Below are positions 29,566 to 37,561 of a DNA stretch of 64,000 bases, one piece after another (position 1 is the first letter of the stretch; each line of letters starts with the position of its first letter). Made by a program: the position numbers and the translations under genes. Location: positions 174,476-238,475 of IMG/VR virus record IMGVR_UViG_3300043425_001539; one strand, 5' to 3'. The notes below the pieces were generated by a model, which saw nothing but the letters and a program-made list of their open reading frames with translations, was not told where the DNA came from and ran no database searches.

Positions 29566-30515
29566 TGTATTAAATTGTTTTCAAATATAATATCCGCAAT
29601 CTTTCTTGACGCTCGTGTATCACTGGGATAATGAATTGCCGTTATCTCGCGACTGCGTGCAATCTTTTCCCCCAAGGCCTTGAGTTCATCCTGAAGCGCA
29701 GGATATTTTTGCGCATAATATCGACTCATAACCAATCCTGTAAGTGCATGTCCACTGGGATATGAAGCCGTCATTGCATCAGTTTGAATCAAGGGATAAA
29801 TAGGCATGTTATAGCATTTTGCCAATTGGTAAGGACGAGGACGATTAATCACGTCTTTCAGAAAGAACAGCAGACTATCGGTTTGACTGTCAATTCTAAA
29901 AAAGTCTCCCATACTCTCATCATACCCACCGGCTTTCAATAAGTCAATAAATGTTTGTGCCAAATTGCTTACATCATCAACGTAGCGCGCAAAAGTAATC
30001 TCATCAGCCGTCACTTCACTACAGAATTGTAACAATTCTTCCAAATCCGCGCGTGTTTCTCCGCTTGAATTGCGAGGCGCCTCGGCCCGCAACTTGTCAA
30101 CCCAACCCTGCGCAATAAACCAGTTTTTAATCCGGTCGTGGGTATGTTCTGCAATCTCTTGAAACTCTTGAGTCTGATTCCCGTAAACTACTCGATCCAC
30201 ATCCCAATTGTCAACATCAGTCAACTCCGCTTCGGCCAACAAGTCTTTCCGTCCCAATTGCCGATAAACCTCTTTCCGTGTCTTTTCCATTTTTTCTGCG
30301 TATTCCGGGTCTTCATTCCTGTTAAAAACAATTTGTTGCGTTAGACTTCCGCTGATCTTTTTGAGATCACTCTTGCGTGTTTTGATTAGCCAGGCAGCCA
30401 AATCCCGGATACTCAAATCCCGAAATCTTCCCTCTGCCTCAGGCGCATCACTGTCTCTCCATTTGGGACGTTTGGCTTCAGACAACCATTCTTGAAAACT
30501 TTTCATATCAATCAA
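29562..30515 (-). CDS. PAP2/vanadium-haloperoxidase-like phosphatase (tagged)
   Basis: K....RPRP, SYPSGH and SR....HYPSD motifs; N-terminus MKSFQEWLSE-A. Confidence 0.82.
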   Translation of the reverse strand: MIDMKSFQEWLSEAKRPKWRDSDAPEAEGRFRDLSIRDLAAWLIKTRKSDLKKISGSLTQQIVFNRNEDPEYAEKMEKTRKEVYRQLGRKDLLAEAELTDVDNWDVDRVVYGNQTQEFQEIAEHTHDRIKNWFIAQGWVDKLRAEAPRNSSGETRADLEELLQFCSEVTADEITFARYVDDVSNLAQTFIDLLKAGGYDESMGDFFRIDSQTDSLLFFLKDVINRPRPYQLAKCYNMPIYPLIQTDAMTASYPSGHALTGLVMSRYYAQKYPALQDELKALGEKIARSREITAIHYPSDTRASRKIADIIFENNLIQ

Positions 30516-31302
30516 TTTTTGTAATTGTGGTAATCACGCTGGGCACAGCTGGTCTAACCGGACCTGTCCGACTGGCAATGGCTTCCAATTTAACATTACT
30601 GGTATCAGGTGACCAAACCAAGCTAACTGTGTCCCCTGCATTAAGAGCCACTTGATAGTTAATAACAAACAAATCACGAGTGCCGTTGCCATTAAGTGAA
30701 AGATCAGTTGACGAATAAGCCACATCCAAACCATTGATTCGCAACCAAAAAGTTGCCGCCGCGCTTCCTCCCGCAGTATGAACCACCTGTATACTACTCA
30801 AAATAAGATATATGCCATCAACCCCAATCTCAATCTCTTGTCCATCCAGGCTGAGACTTACGCCAGTTGCCTGATCAACAAGATCATGACTAATCACCTG
30901 TGCCACATCTTCAACGCCCAATTGTTGAACCGTTGACAAGAAAGACCCATACGCAGCAATTCCACTACTACCACTTGAACCACTACTACCACTTGAACCA
31001 CTACTACCACTTGAGGGAAAAGTCTCAACCACTTCAGTAATTGCATGTATAGGAACAACATGAGCAGAGCCCAATACCTGAATCCAACCCTCAGAAGACC
31101 TCGTTGCCCGATTACATAAATAGGCACTAGCAGCAAAAAAACTAGTAGCGTCCGTAGAGAATTGTTGATCCTGTCCAGTTAATAATAGATCAGTACGAAA
31201 AGGAACTTGTGTTTCATCAAGAATCCAATAATACTCTTGATCCTGATAATAACCACTGGTAGGATCATATCCATAACCGCGAATGATTTTGGGTAACAAC
31301 AT
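30508..31302 (-). CDS. Virion fibre-like protein with SSG linker and C1q/BclA-like C-terminal domain
   Basis: (SSG)n linker, then YGSF..Q, G.Y.I..SIQ, WLR.NG.DV..S and LNAGD.V.L.W. Confidence 0.65.
   Translation of the reverse strand: MLLPKIIRGYGYDPTSGYYQDQEYYWILDETQVPFRTDLLLTGQDQQFSTDATSFFAASAYLCNRATRSSEGWIQVLGSAHVVPIHAITEVVETFPSSGSSGSSGSSGSSGSSGIAAYGSFLSTVQQLGVEDVAQVISHDLVDQATGVSLSLDGQEIEIGVDGIYLILSSIQVVHTAGGSAAATFWLRINGLDVAYSSTDLSLNGNGTRDLFVINYQVALNAGDTVSLVWSPDTSNVKLEAIASRTGPVRPAVPSVITTITKID
30962..31013. repeat. 18-bp-period tandem repeat encoding the (SSG)n linker
   Basis: ccactactaccacttgaa, about 3 copies. Confidence 0.85.
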
Positions 31303-31653
31303 AACAAACTATATATCAACAATGGAAACAATATAACAGTAGAACCAACACTCCCAGTGCTGGCGGAAGGCCTGATCATGGGAATTGACCAGTGGATAAA
31401 TGTACTCGTTTTAATAAGTACAAATCACTCTAAAGAGTCTTGAAGACAACCAAAAAATTAAAAATGTACTCTAAATGATTGCCATTGATTGGACTATGAA
31501 AAGCGTGTAGTGGGAAGATTTTAGACGTTAGAAGTGAAATACGGCAAGGCTCTTTGTGTGTGATTTCTTCCGTGTTGGAAAGTATATTTTTCGCAGAGAT
31601 TTCTGCCCATTCTACCCAAATTACGTCTATTGGAGATATCGGAAGTGATTTTG

Positions 31654-31725
31654 TGGTACTGACTGGAATCGAACCAGTGCTACTGGTTCTTCAGACCAGC
31701 GCTCTACCAACTGAGCTACAATACC
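31654..31725 (-). tRNA. tRNA-Phe(GAA)
   Basis: GGTATTG/CAGTACC acceptor; CTGGT-CTGAAGA-ACCAG anticodon arm; TTCGATT T-loop. Confidence 0.9.
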
Positions 31726-31734
31726 AAATAATTG

Positions 31735-31819
31735 CGGATGGGGAGAGATTCGAACTCTCGGTACCTTTCAGTACGACGGTTTTCAAGACCGCTCCATTAA
31801 ACCACTCTGGCACCCATCC
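31735..31819 (-). tRNA. tRNA-Ser(TGA)
   Basis: GGATGGG/CCCATCC acceptor; GCGGT-CTTGAAA-ACCGT; long variable arm. Confidence 0.9.
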
Positions 31820-31934
31820 GTATAGACTATATATTCCTTATTCAAGGGCAAGCATTACGGCCACTTGCCCTGATGGGTCTGGCCTAACCCAATAACTCTT
31901 CGCCACTGTATGGCGGTTTTCTTAACAACTTAAA

Positions 31935-32300
31935 CTAACGAGACAACCATTTTTCCCGATGTACCGCCTTCCAAGCGCGTAGTGCCCGCGACACATACCT
32001 GGATTCTGAGAGACCGTTTTCTTCACGCTCTCGACGGGTCTGGCGGTAGAAAGAAATTCGGGCGGATTCCATCACGTCTTCCTTGGCTTTAAGATAGTCA
32101 GGATAACGACGTTCCAATTCGAGTTCTTCCAACTCTTCTTCGCGATTTTGGGAAGATTTCAGTTGTGCTTCAAATGAATGGTCGGGTTTAACCCGCATGG
32201 TACCTGTTACCCCGGTACCTCCACGTTCAATTAGACGGATCATTTTGTCCATTGCTCTATCAGATTTTGAGCTGCCAACAATACCTTTACCTTTTCCCAT
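31935..32300 (-). CDS. Hypothetical basic protein
   Basis: 121-aa ORF. Confidence 0.55.
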   Translation of the reverse strand: MGKGKGIVGSSKSDRAMDKMIRLIERGGTGVTGTMRVKPDHSFEAQLKSSQNREEELEELELERRYPDYLKAKEDVMESARISFYRQTRREREENGLSESRYVSRALRAWKAVHREKWLSR

Positions 32301-32357
32301 GGTTGTTAATGTTTAAGAAGTTAAGAAGTTAAAAAAATCAAGAATAGTTATAAACTG

Positions 32358-32645
32358 TTACTCTGGATAGAGGTTTTCAAATTCAGCCACAATCTTGTAA
32401 GAAGGAATGCCTACGGCATACAGTTGGTTGATGTATGTGCGTTTTGCCTCGCGTAGATCTCGTGTTTCAAAGCAGTTGTCATCGTGACGGTTGATTACCC
32501 GGAACACTCCATTTAGATTAGCCTCTAGATTGATTCTGTCTTGAGCACAGATGGTTACCCATGTGTTGGCAAGCAGTTCAGAGATTTCAGCGTCAAGCAG
32601 TTCACAGATTGCAGCGTCAGTCAGTTTAATTGTTGTGGTTGTCAT
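32358..32645 (-). CDS. Hypothetical early protein
   Basis: ATG directly follows a promoter cassette. Confidence 0.65.
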   Translation of the reverse strand: MTTTTIKLTDAAICELLDAEISELLANTWVTICAQDRINLEANLNGVFRVINRHDDNCFETRDLREAKRTYINQLYAVGIPSYKIVAEFENLYPE

Positions 32646-32736
32646 AATTGTTGTTTTTTAATTATATACAAATATACATACTTTTTGCGACCTGGCAAAA
32701 TTTTTTCACAACTTTTTTTGTTAATGAATTGTTAAC
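32646..32736 (-). promoter_or_regulatory. Early promoter cassette copy
   Basis: TTTG-ccaggtcgcaaaaagtatg (19 nt)-TATATTTG matches the Bacteroidota -33/-7 promoter. Confidence 0.85.
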
Positions 32737-32861
32737 AGAGCGCGCTGCGGAAAATTTAAACTGGCTGCTTTCTGACCGATTATTCCCTGTTTCTTTCAAC
32801 TGAATCTGCAAACCCTTCGATTGCAATAGCAAATCGTTCAGCGCCATTTCTTTCTGACCGA

Positions 32862-33125
32862 TTATTCCCTGTTTCTTTCAACCGAATCCACAAAATCTTC
32901 AATTGCAAGGGCAAGCCGTTCAACCCGCGCTCTCTCAATTTGACCTTCATTGAGAAGTGCTTGAAGCTGATGAATCAGAGTAAGCGACTCTCGAGTCATA
33001 GTGCAAACAAAGGACTCTCGAGTAGGATCAACTGGTTGATGCTCAACATTGCAAAATTCCTTGTCATTTTCAAAGACACCTGAAACCTCTGTTAGTTTGT
33101 AGCCAAAAGTAAGAGCTCTTATCAT
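32862..33125 (-). CDS. Hypothetical protein
   Basis: 87-aa ORF; its 3' end is duplicated immediately downstream. Confidence 0.6.
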   Translation of the reverse strand: MIRALTFGYKLTEVSGVFENDKEFCNVEHQPVDPTRESFVCTMTRESLTLIHQLQALLNEGQIERARVERLALAIEDFVDSVERNRE

Positions 33126-33185
33126 TGCTTTATTATTTAATTTATATTACTGATATGAAATTAGTTTTCGGGAATCCCCAACTTT

Positions 33186-33665
33186 TTATCGGGCATCAGC
33201 GCCTGTCAAACGGCACACTGCATAATCAACATAATCACCCGGATTAGCTCCTTGTGCCTGACAAAACTCAACCAAGTTGTCAATGTGGTTTTTAATGGCC
33301 CGGTCAAGTCGGTCTTCAGATTCATAAAATCCACGCAGGCGGAACAAGAAAGAATCAAGATATTCAAGGGCATCATCCCGGGTTGGGTCATATGCAATTG
33401 TATGGCTGGTAATATTGCCTGAATCAGCATCGGGTTTTATCAAGCAGCGCATATAAATTTCATCCCGGTCAAACTCCTTGTTCTTAAAGAGACCAATGTG
33501 TATTACCGCGTACAGCGGACTCTCAATCTGAATTTCTTTCCTGTTAAAAGTTTTCTCGTTTTCTTCAAGAACCCGATATTTTTCTTTGCGGTTATTGAGA
33601 AAATCTGTCGTCAGATTAAACAGTTGTTTGATACCTGGGTTGTGTGACAAAGATTTTGCTGGCAT
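33186..33665 (-). CDS. Paralog family A protein
   Basis: ESPL..V..G...DEIY..FL..FC...G..P..YV shared with ORFs at 33681, 34502 and 53670. Confidence 0.7.
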   Translation of the reverse strand: MPAKSLSHNPGIKQLFNLTTDFLNNRKEKYRVLEENEKTFNRKEIQIESPLYAVIHIGLFKNKEFDRDEIYMRCLIKPDADSGNITSHTIAYDPTRDDALEYLDSFLFRLRGFYESEDRLDRAIKNHIDNLVEFCQAQGANPGDYVDYAVCRLTGADAR

Positions 33666-33680
33666 AAGACAGTAATAGGT

Positions 33681-34148
33681 TTAGGGCTTTGGGTTAACGG
33701 GTGCAGTGGGATTTGACATTCTTGAGACCACATAGTCAACATAGCGGTTGGGATGAATCCCCAGATGGAGGCAATATCCAATTACATCCTCAATCTTTTC
33801 CCGAATTGTCTGGTCAAGCTGAATCTCTTTTTCCAGGATTTCTCTTGTTTGATACAGGAACCAATCCAATCCATCGGCCACTTGTTGTACCTCGGGATTG
33901 TAAGAGATAGACGAATATTTCAGCGCCTGCGTTTCCGGATGGTTTTTGACCGTGTACTTAACGTAGATTTCATCCATACCTGTGTCTTCATCTTCATTAC
34001 GTCCCAGAGTAACCACCACATGCAGGGGGCTTTCCACCAGAAATTCCACTCGACCGTTTAGAGGTGTCATGGTATAAGTCAAATGGTTTTTCTTGAGCCT
34101 GTCAACGATAACGTTGTGAAGAAACCGAAGTTTAATTGCTGAGTCCAT
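33681..34148 (-). CDS. Paralog family A protein (likely start MDSAIK)
   Basis: VESPLHVVVTLGR..DEIYVKY..YCLHLGIHPNRYV. Confidence 0.65.
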   Translation of the reverse strand: MDSAIKLRFLHNVIVDRLKKNHLTYTMTPLNGRVEFLVESPLHVVVTLGRNEDEDTGMDEIYVKYTVKNHPETQALKYSSISYNPEVQQVADGLDWFLYQTREILEKEIQLDQTIREKIEDVIGYCLHLGIHPNRYVDYVVSRMSNPTAPVNPKP

Positions 34149-34197
34149 ATGAATGAGAATTGCTGGTGAATAGGTTTTCTGGGGTTGGCTTTTGGAA

Positions 34198-34404
34198 TTA
34201 CAATTTATCGTTTTCCCGATCACAGAATATCCTACATTGGTCGTAGGTACCGCGGTAAATGATTTCGTCGTCTTCAGCTAATTCGTAGTTGATAGCCGAC
34301 TCAACGAAATTGCTGGTGCCGTCAAAGATGACGATCGAATCCCGTTCTTGAGAGCGATTAGAACGATTGGCGGTGGCAGTGGAAATGGAGCGGAGAGTGC
34401 GCAT
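34198..34404 (-). CDS. Hypothetical early protein (start MRTLRS)
   Basis: Lies after a promoter cassette. Confidence 0.5.
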   Translation of the reverse strand: MRTLRSISTATANRSNRSQERDSIVIFDGTSNFVESAINYELAEDDEIIYRGTYDQCRIFCDRENDKL

Positions 34405-34429
34405 AGGATGGTGATTGGTGAACGTGATT

Positions 34430-34516
34430 GGTTGTTTATTAATTATATACAAATATACAAACTTTTCGCGACCTGGCAAAACTATTTCACAACTTTTTTT
34501 GTTAACAAAGTGTTAA
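34430..34516 (-). promoter_or_regulatory. Early promoter cassette copy
   Basis: TTTGCCAGGTCGCGAAAAGTTTGTATATTTGTATATAA. Confidence 0.8.
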
Positions 34517-34975
34517 TCCCGTATCGCGTTTAATTCTGCCAGCCAAATAAGAGACAAAAACTTCTGGGTTGATGTCATGTTGCAAACAAAAGGTAATTAC
34601 TTCATAAACCTGGCTTCGAAGAATTTCCTCCAGTGCTGCTTCTTGCAGTTCCTCTTGTTGTACGCGGTTCAAAAAAGCTGTTATTTCATGAGCAGTCTCT
34701 TCGGGAGTGGGGTTAAATGAAGTGGAAGAATACAGCTTTTGCTCAATATCAGAATAAGGCAACCGGGTTGTGATGCTATACTTAGTGTAGAACTCATAGA
34801 GTTCATCAGTGTCTTTACTGTCGTTTGTGAAACGGCCAAGTTCAATAACAACATGTAGACGGCTGTGAACAGTAAATTCTTTGTGGTCAAAGCAATGGTC
34901 AAAGCTGTATTCTGTTCCGTTTGCTTCAAGCTGGTTAACGATTGCGTTGTAGAGTGATTGGAATTTGTCGGTCAT
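34502..34975 (-). CDS. Paralog family A protein (start MTDKFQ)
   Basis: HSRLHVVIELGRF..DE.Y..FCLQHDINPEVFV; stop codon lies inside the next cassette. Confidence 0.7.
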   Translation of the reverse strand: MTDKFQSLYNAIVNQLEANGTEYSFDHCFDHKEFTVHSRLHVVIELGRFTNDSKDTDELYEFYTKYSITTRLPYSDIEQKLYSSTSFNPTPEETAHEITAFLNRVQQEELQEAALEEILRSQVYEVITFCLQHDINPEVFVSYLAGRIKRDTGLTLC

Positions 34976-34983
34976 GTTGTTGC

Positions 34984-35069
34984 GTTGTTTTAATTTATAT
35001 ACAAATATACATACTTTTTGCGAACTGGCAAAATTTTTGGGCAACTTTTTTTGTTAATGAATTGTTAAC
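34984..35069 (-). promoter_or_regulatory. Early promoter cassette copy
   Basis: Same consensus. Confidence 0.8.
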
Positions 35070-35346
35070 AAGGAGCGCCCACAATGTTGATTTCTCTGAC
35101 CTGTGCAACCTCCATAAAACCGTTGTTGATGTCAACATACCAGGTCCAAGTATTTTTAGTAGGCAAGTGTTCCTGGAACATACCTGCAGGCTCATCAGTT
35201 TCTGCAGCCATTTCGGCACATTCACGGGCATATTCCTTGGCCCGATTAAACGCTGCTTCCTGGTCTACATAAGTATTCAAGAGAGAGTAAGAGGTACCAG
35301 CGGTATACTCCTCGCACATAAAAACCTGGTATGCTTTAAATTCCAT
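35065..35346 (-). CDS. Hypothetical early protein (start MEFKAY)
   Basis: Single gene between two cassettes. Confidence 0.65.
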   Translation of the reverse strand: MEFKAYQVFMCEEYTAGTSYSLLNTYVDQEAAFNRAKEYARECAEMAAETDEPAGMFQEHLPTKNTWTWYVDINNGFMEVAQVREINIVGAPC

Positions 35347-35350
35347 GATC

Positions 35351-35443
35351 GGTTGTTTTTTAATTATATACAAATATACATACTTTTTGCAACCTGGCAA
35401 AATTTTTGGGCAACTTTTTTTCTCAAAAAGTGTTAAAATTTTC
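35351..35443 (-). promoter_or_regulatory. Early promoter cassette copy
   Basis: Same consensus. Confidence 0.8.
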
Positions 35444-35449
35444 GCCTTA

Positions 35450-35908
35450 TCATCTTTGCAATTCAAGAATTATTGCTTCGCGGGCCCTCTCTATTTCCTC
35501 AATTTTTTCGTTCAGCTTGGCTAATTCTTTTAATAGTAAAGTTTTGGCGTAATTAACTCCTCCTTCAGCGGCGGGATTCAGTATGACATATTCATTTCCG
35601 GGTTGTATGATGTCCAAGAAATCCGTCTCGCGGCTAAGATGTTGCAGGTGTTCATCGAAAATGAGGTGGTCTCCCATAAAAGGAGTGCGCTCTATAAGAG
35701 AGTTTTGCCAACCGTTGTGATCAAACGGATGTCCCAAATGATAGGCGGTAGGTTTACCCAAATGATAGGCGGCTGAGCTTGACTGCCAGGCACCTGCGCG
35801 TAAACGGGGTTTGGTAATAAAGGCATACGCATGCCCATTTGAGTCAATGGCGGCATAATTGTAACCCACGGGTATCATTTCAATTTCCAGAGTTTTCATA
35901 GAGGACAT
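35450..35908 (-). CDS. WAAVD-family paralog
   Basis: IPVGYNYAAIDSNGHAYAF..WQNSLI. Confidence 0.65.
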   Translation of the reverse strand: MSSMKTLEIEMIPVGYNYAAIDSNGHAYAFITKPRLRAGAWQSSSAAYHLGKPTAYHLGHPFDHNGWQNSLIERTPFMGDHLIFDEHLQHLSRETDFLDIIQPGNEYVILNPAAEGGVNYAKTLLLKELAKLNEKIEEIERAREAIILELQR

Positions 35909-36190
35909 AATAAATAAATTGTTGGTTGATATACAAATAAAAAAACAAACGCTTGAGAAAGTGAAATATAAGGACATCTTTGCCGCCAAAGTTTTAAATT
36001 TCCTGGTAATCTTCCCGAATTATGCGTTCAAGACGAGCAACTCGCTCTTTAAGAAATTCACGCCGCCTGTGCATTTCATGCCGGGCATCAATGTCATCGG
36101 TTTCAAGCATTTGTTCGGCAATGTAGTCAATGTTTTCCTGTAGTTGCCTCCGGGTTAATTGTAGCTGTTCAAGAGTTTGATTCATAGTTT

Positions 36191-36406
36191 TTATTGTGCA
36201 AATGTGAGTTGACGTAAATTGTGAAAATGGTATTCCTCGATTTGTTTGGTAAAATAATTCCTGAGGGCTGATGTTAGTCTTGCCCATTTGACTGTCTCTT
36301 GATTCTTAAATACTCCTGCTAAATAATCAGCGGTGTGTACATAGTCCTCAGCCCGAAAATAATCAAGTAAGTCTTGAACCCGGATATAAGTAATAGAATC
36401 CTTCAT
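36191..36406 (-). CDS. Hypothetical protein
   Basis: 71-aa ORF in the gene run. Confidence 0.5.
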   Translation of the reverse strand: MKDSITYIRVQDLLDYFRAEDYVHTADYLAGVFKNQETVKWARLTSALRNYFTKQIEEYHFHNLRQLTFAQ

Positions 36407-36412
36407 ATAAAA

Positions 36413-36715
36413 TTATTGTTTGACTTGTGGAAACAACTCAGCCTTGACCGTGTCTTCAATCTCTGCAATCCGCGTAAGCAAATCATTTTGCTGTTTACGG
36501 ATGTCATTGATTCGTTCGTCTGATTGGGTAAAGTGAAGTTGTTCCTCCAAATAGCCAACCATAAACAAGAGTGACTGTTTTTCAATTGTCAATTGCTTGA
36601 GAGTGGTGTCTTCCATAAATTTTTGTTCTGCTCTCGCTCCATAAACCGAATTTTCTAAAATTCGGTATAAAGTTTGATGGGATTTTTCTTTTGATGCCGG
36701 GCTTAATTTTGACAT
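36413..36715 (-). CDS. Hypothetical coiled-coil protein
   Basis: 100-aa ORF. Confidence 0.55.
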   Translation of the reverse strand: MSKLSPASKEKSHQTLYRILENSVYGARAEQKFMEDTTLKQLTIEKQSLLFMVGYLEEQLHFTQSDERINDIRKQQNDLLTRIAEIEDTVKAELFPQVKQ

Positions 36716-36828
36716 AGTTAAAGTTTTTTTAAAATTAAGAAGCTTATACTACATTCGAAGGATACGAGACTTAGCTTCTTTCTTTGCTTTGGGCTTTCGG
36801 CCGACTTGCAATTCAAGTTTTTATCCAC

Positions 36829-36964
36829 TGGCGGTCAGGACAGGAGTCGAACCTGTATGAAGATAAGTAACTTCTTCAATCCCGTGCTTTATTCTCCGCT
36901 CAACTACCTCGCGGGTTAGATTCACTTACACGTTATTTTCGGATGCCAATTCCGTCACCTGACC
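36829..36964 (-). ncRNA. tRNA-like RNA with expanded central region (possible intron-containing tRNA)
   Basis: GGTCAGG/CCTGACC acceptor + G-CCA; ACAGG-TTCGACT-CCTGT T-arm; CGGAATTGG D-loop; 136 nt long. Confidence 0.65.
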
Positions 36965-36971
36965 TTGATTG

Positions 36972-37065
36972 TGGAACACTGGGATTCGAACCCACACGGT
37001 ACCTGTATAAATTTGCCGGCAATTCATACAGGCCAACCCAGTTGTTTTAAACCACACTGTGTCCC
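36972..37065 (-). ncRNA. tRNA-like RNA with a 12-bp central hairpin
   Basis: GGGACAC/GTGTTCC acceptor; TGGG-TTCGAAT-CCCA T-arm; CCTGTATGAATT/AATTTATACAGG stem. Confidence 0.6.
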
Positions 37066-37078
37066 GTTTTTTAATTGT

Positions 37079-37211
37079 GATCAGGCCAGGGTCAAACTGT
37101 ATGTGACGCTCTTAGGGCTTAAGCGAGTCCCAGCCATAGGGTTAACACATGCCTCGGTCAATTCCGATTTTTGTATCTTCACTAGCAGTTGAATCAACCC
37201 TGGTCCTGATC
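37079..37211 (-). ncRNA. Structured ncRNA of unknown family
   Basis: Terminal pairing GATCAGGACCAGGGTTGA..TTGACCCTGGCCTGATC with internal hairpins. Confidence 0.55.
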
Positions 37212-37220
37212 GGTGGTTAA

Positions 37221-37480
37221 CAACGGTACGCGCGCCGTTGATTTTCAAAAACTCCGTGCGCCGTGGGAAATCCTTGTGTATCCTGATCCAGGAGGATTTC
37301 CCAGCGGTACTCGGGAAAGCAAGATTTATGTCGAGTCAACATTTCATCAGCGGATTCTTTGGTTAAACCAGCTGTGTGGATTTACCCATTCTTAATTAGG
37401 GAATAAGATGGCGCTTTTTCTAAAGTAGCTTCCTGTCCTGGACCTTGAAACCAAGCCTGGCTTGTCAACCAAGCTTGGTA
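37221..37480 (-). ncRNA. Putative structured ncRNA
   Basis: No minus-strand ORF; perfect TGGGAAATCCT/AGGATTTCCCA stem; CCAAGCTTGG/CCAGGCTTGG stem with a G-U pair on the minus strand. Confidence 0.45.
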
Positions 37481-37561
37481 TGATTTAGGTGTGGACAAGA
37501 ATGACTGCCCGCGGAATTTGCCAAATTTGAGAATGAAATCTTGCATAGTATAAATTATTTA

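Noticed and set aside
31554-31895. Plus-strand 113-aa ORF
   Set aside because: It overlaps tRNA-Phe and tRNA-Ser on the opposite strand and is probably spurious.
36738-36780. Mini tRNA-like hairpin (AGAAGCT..TTCGAAT..AGCTTCT)
   Set aside because: Only a 7-bp stem and a T-loop-like heptamer; the T-stem does not pair well enough to call.
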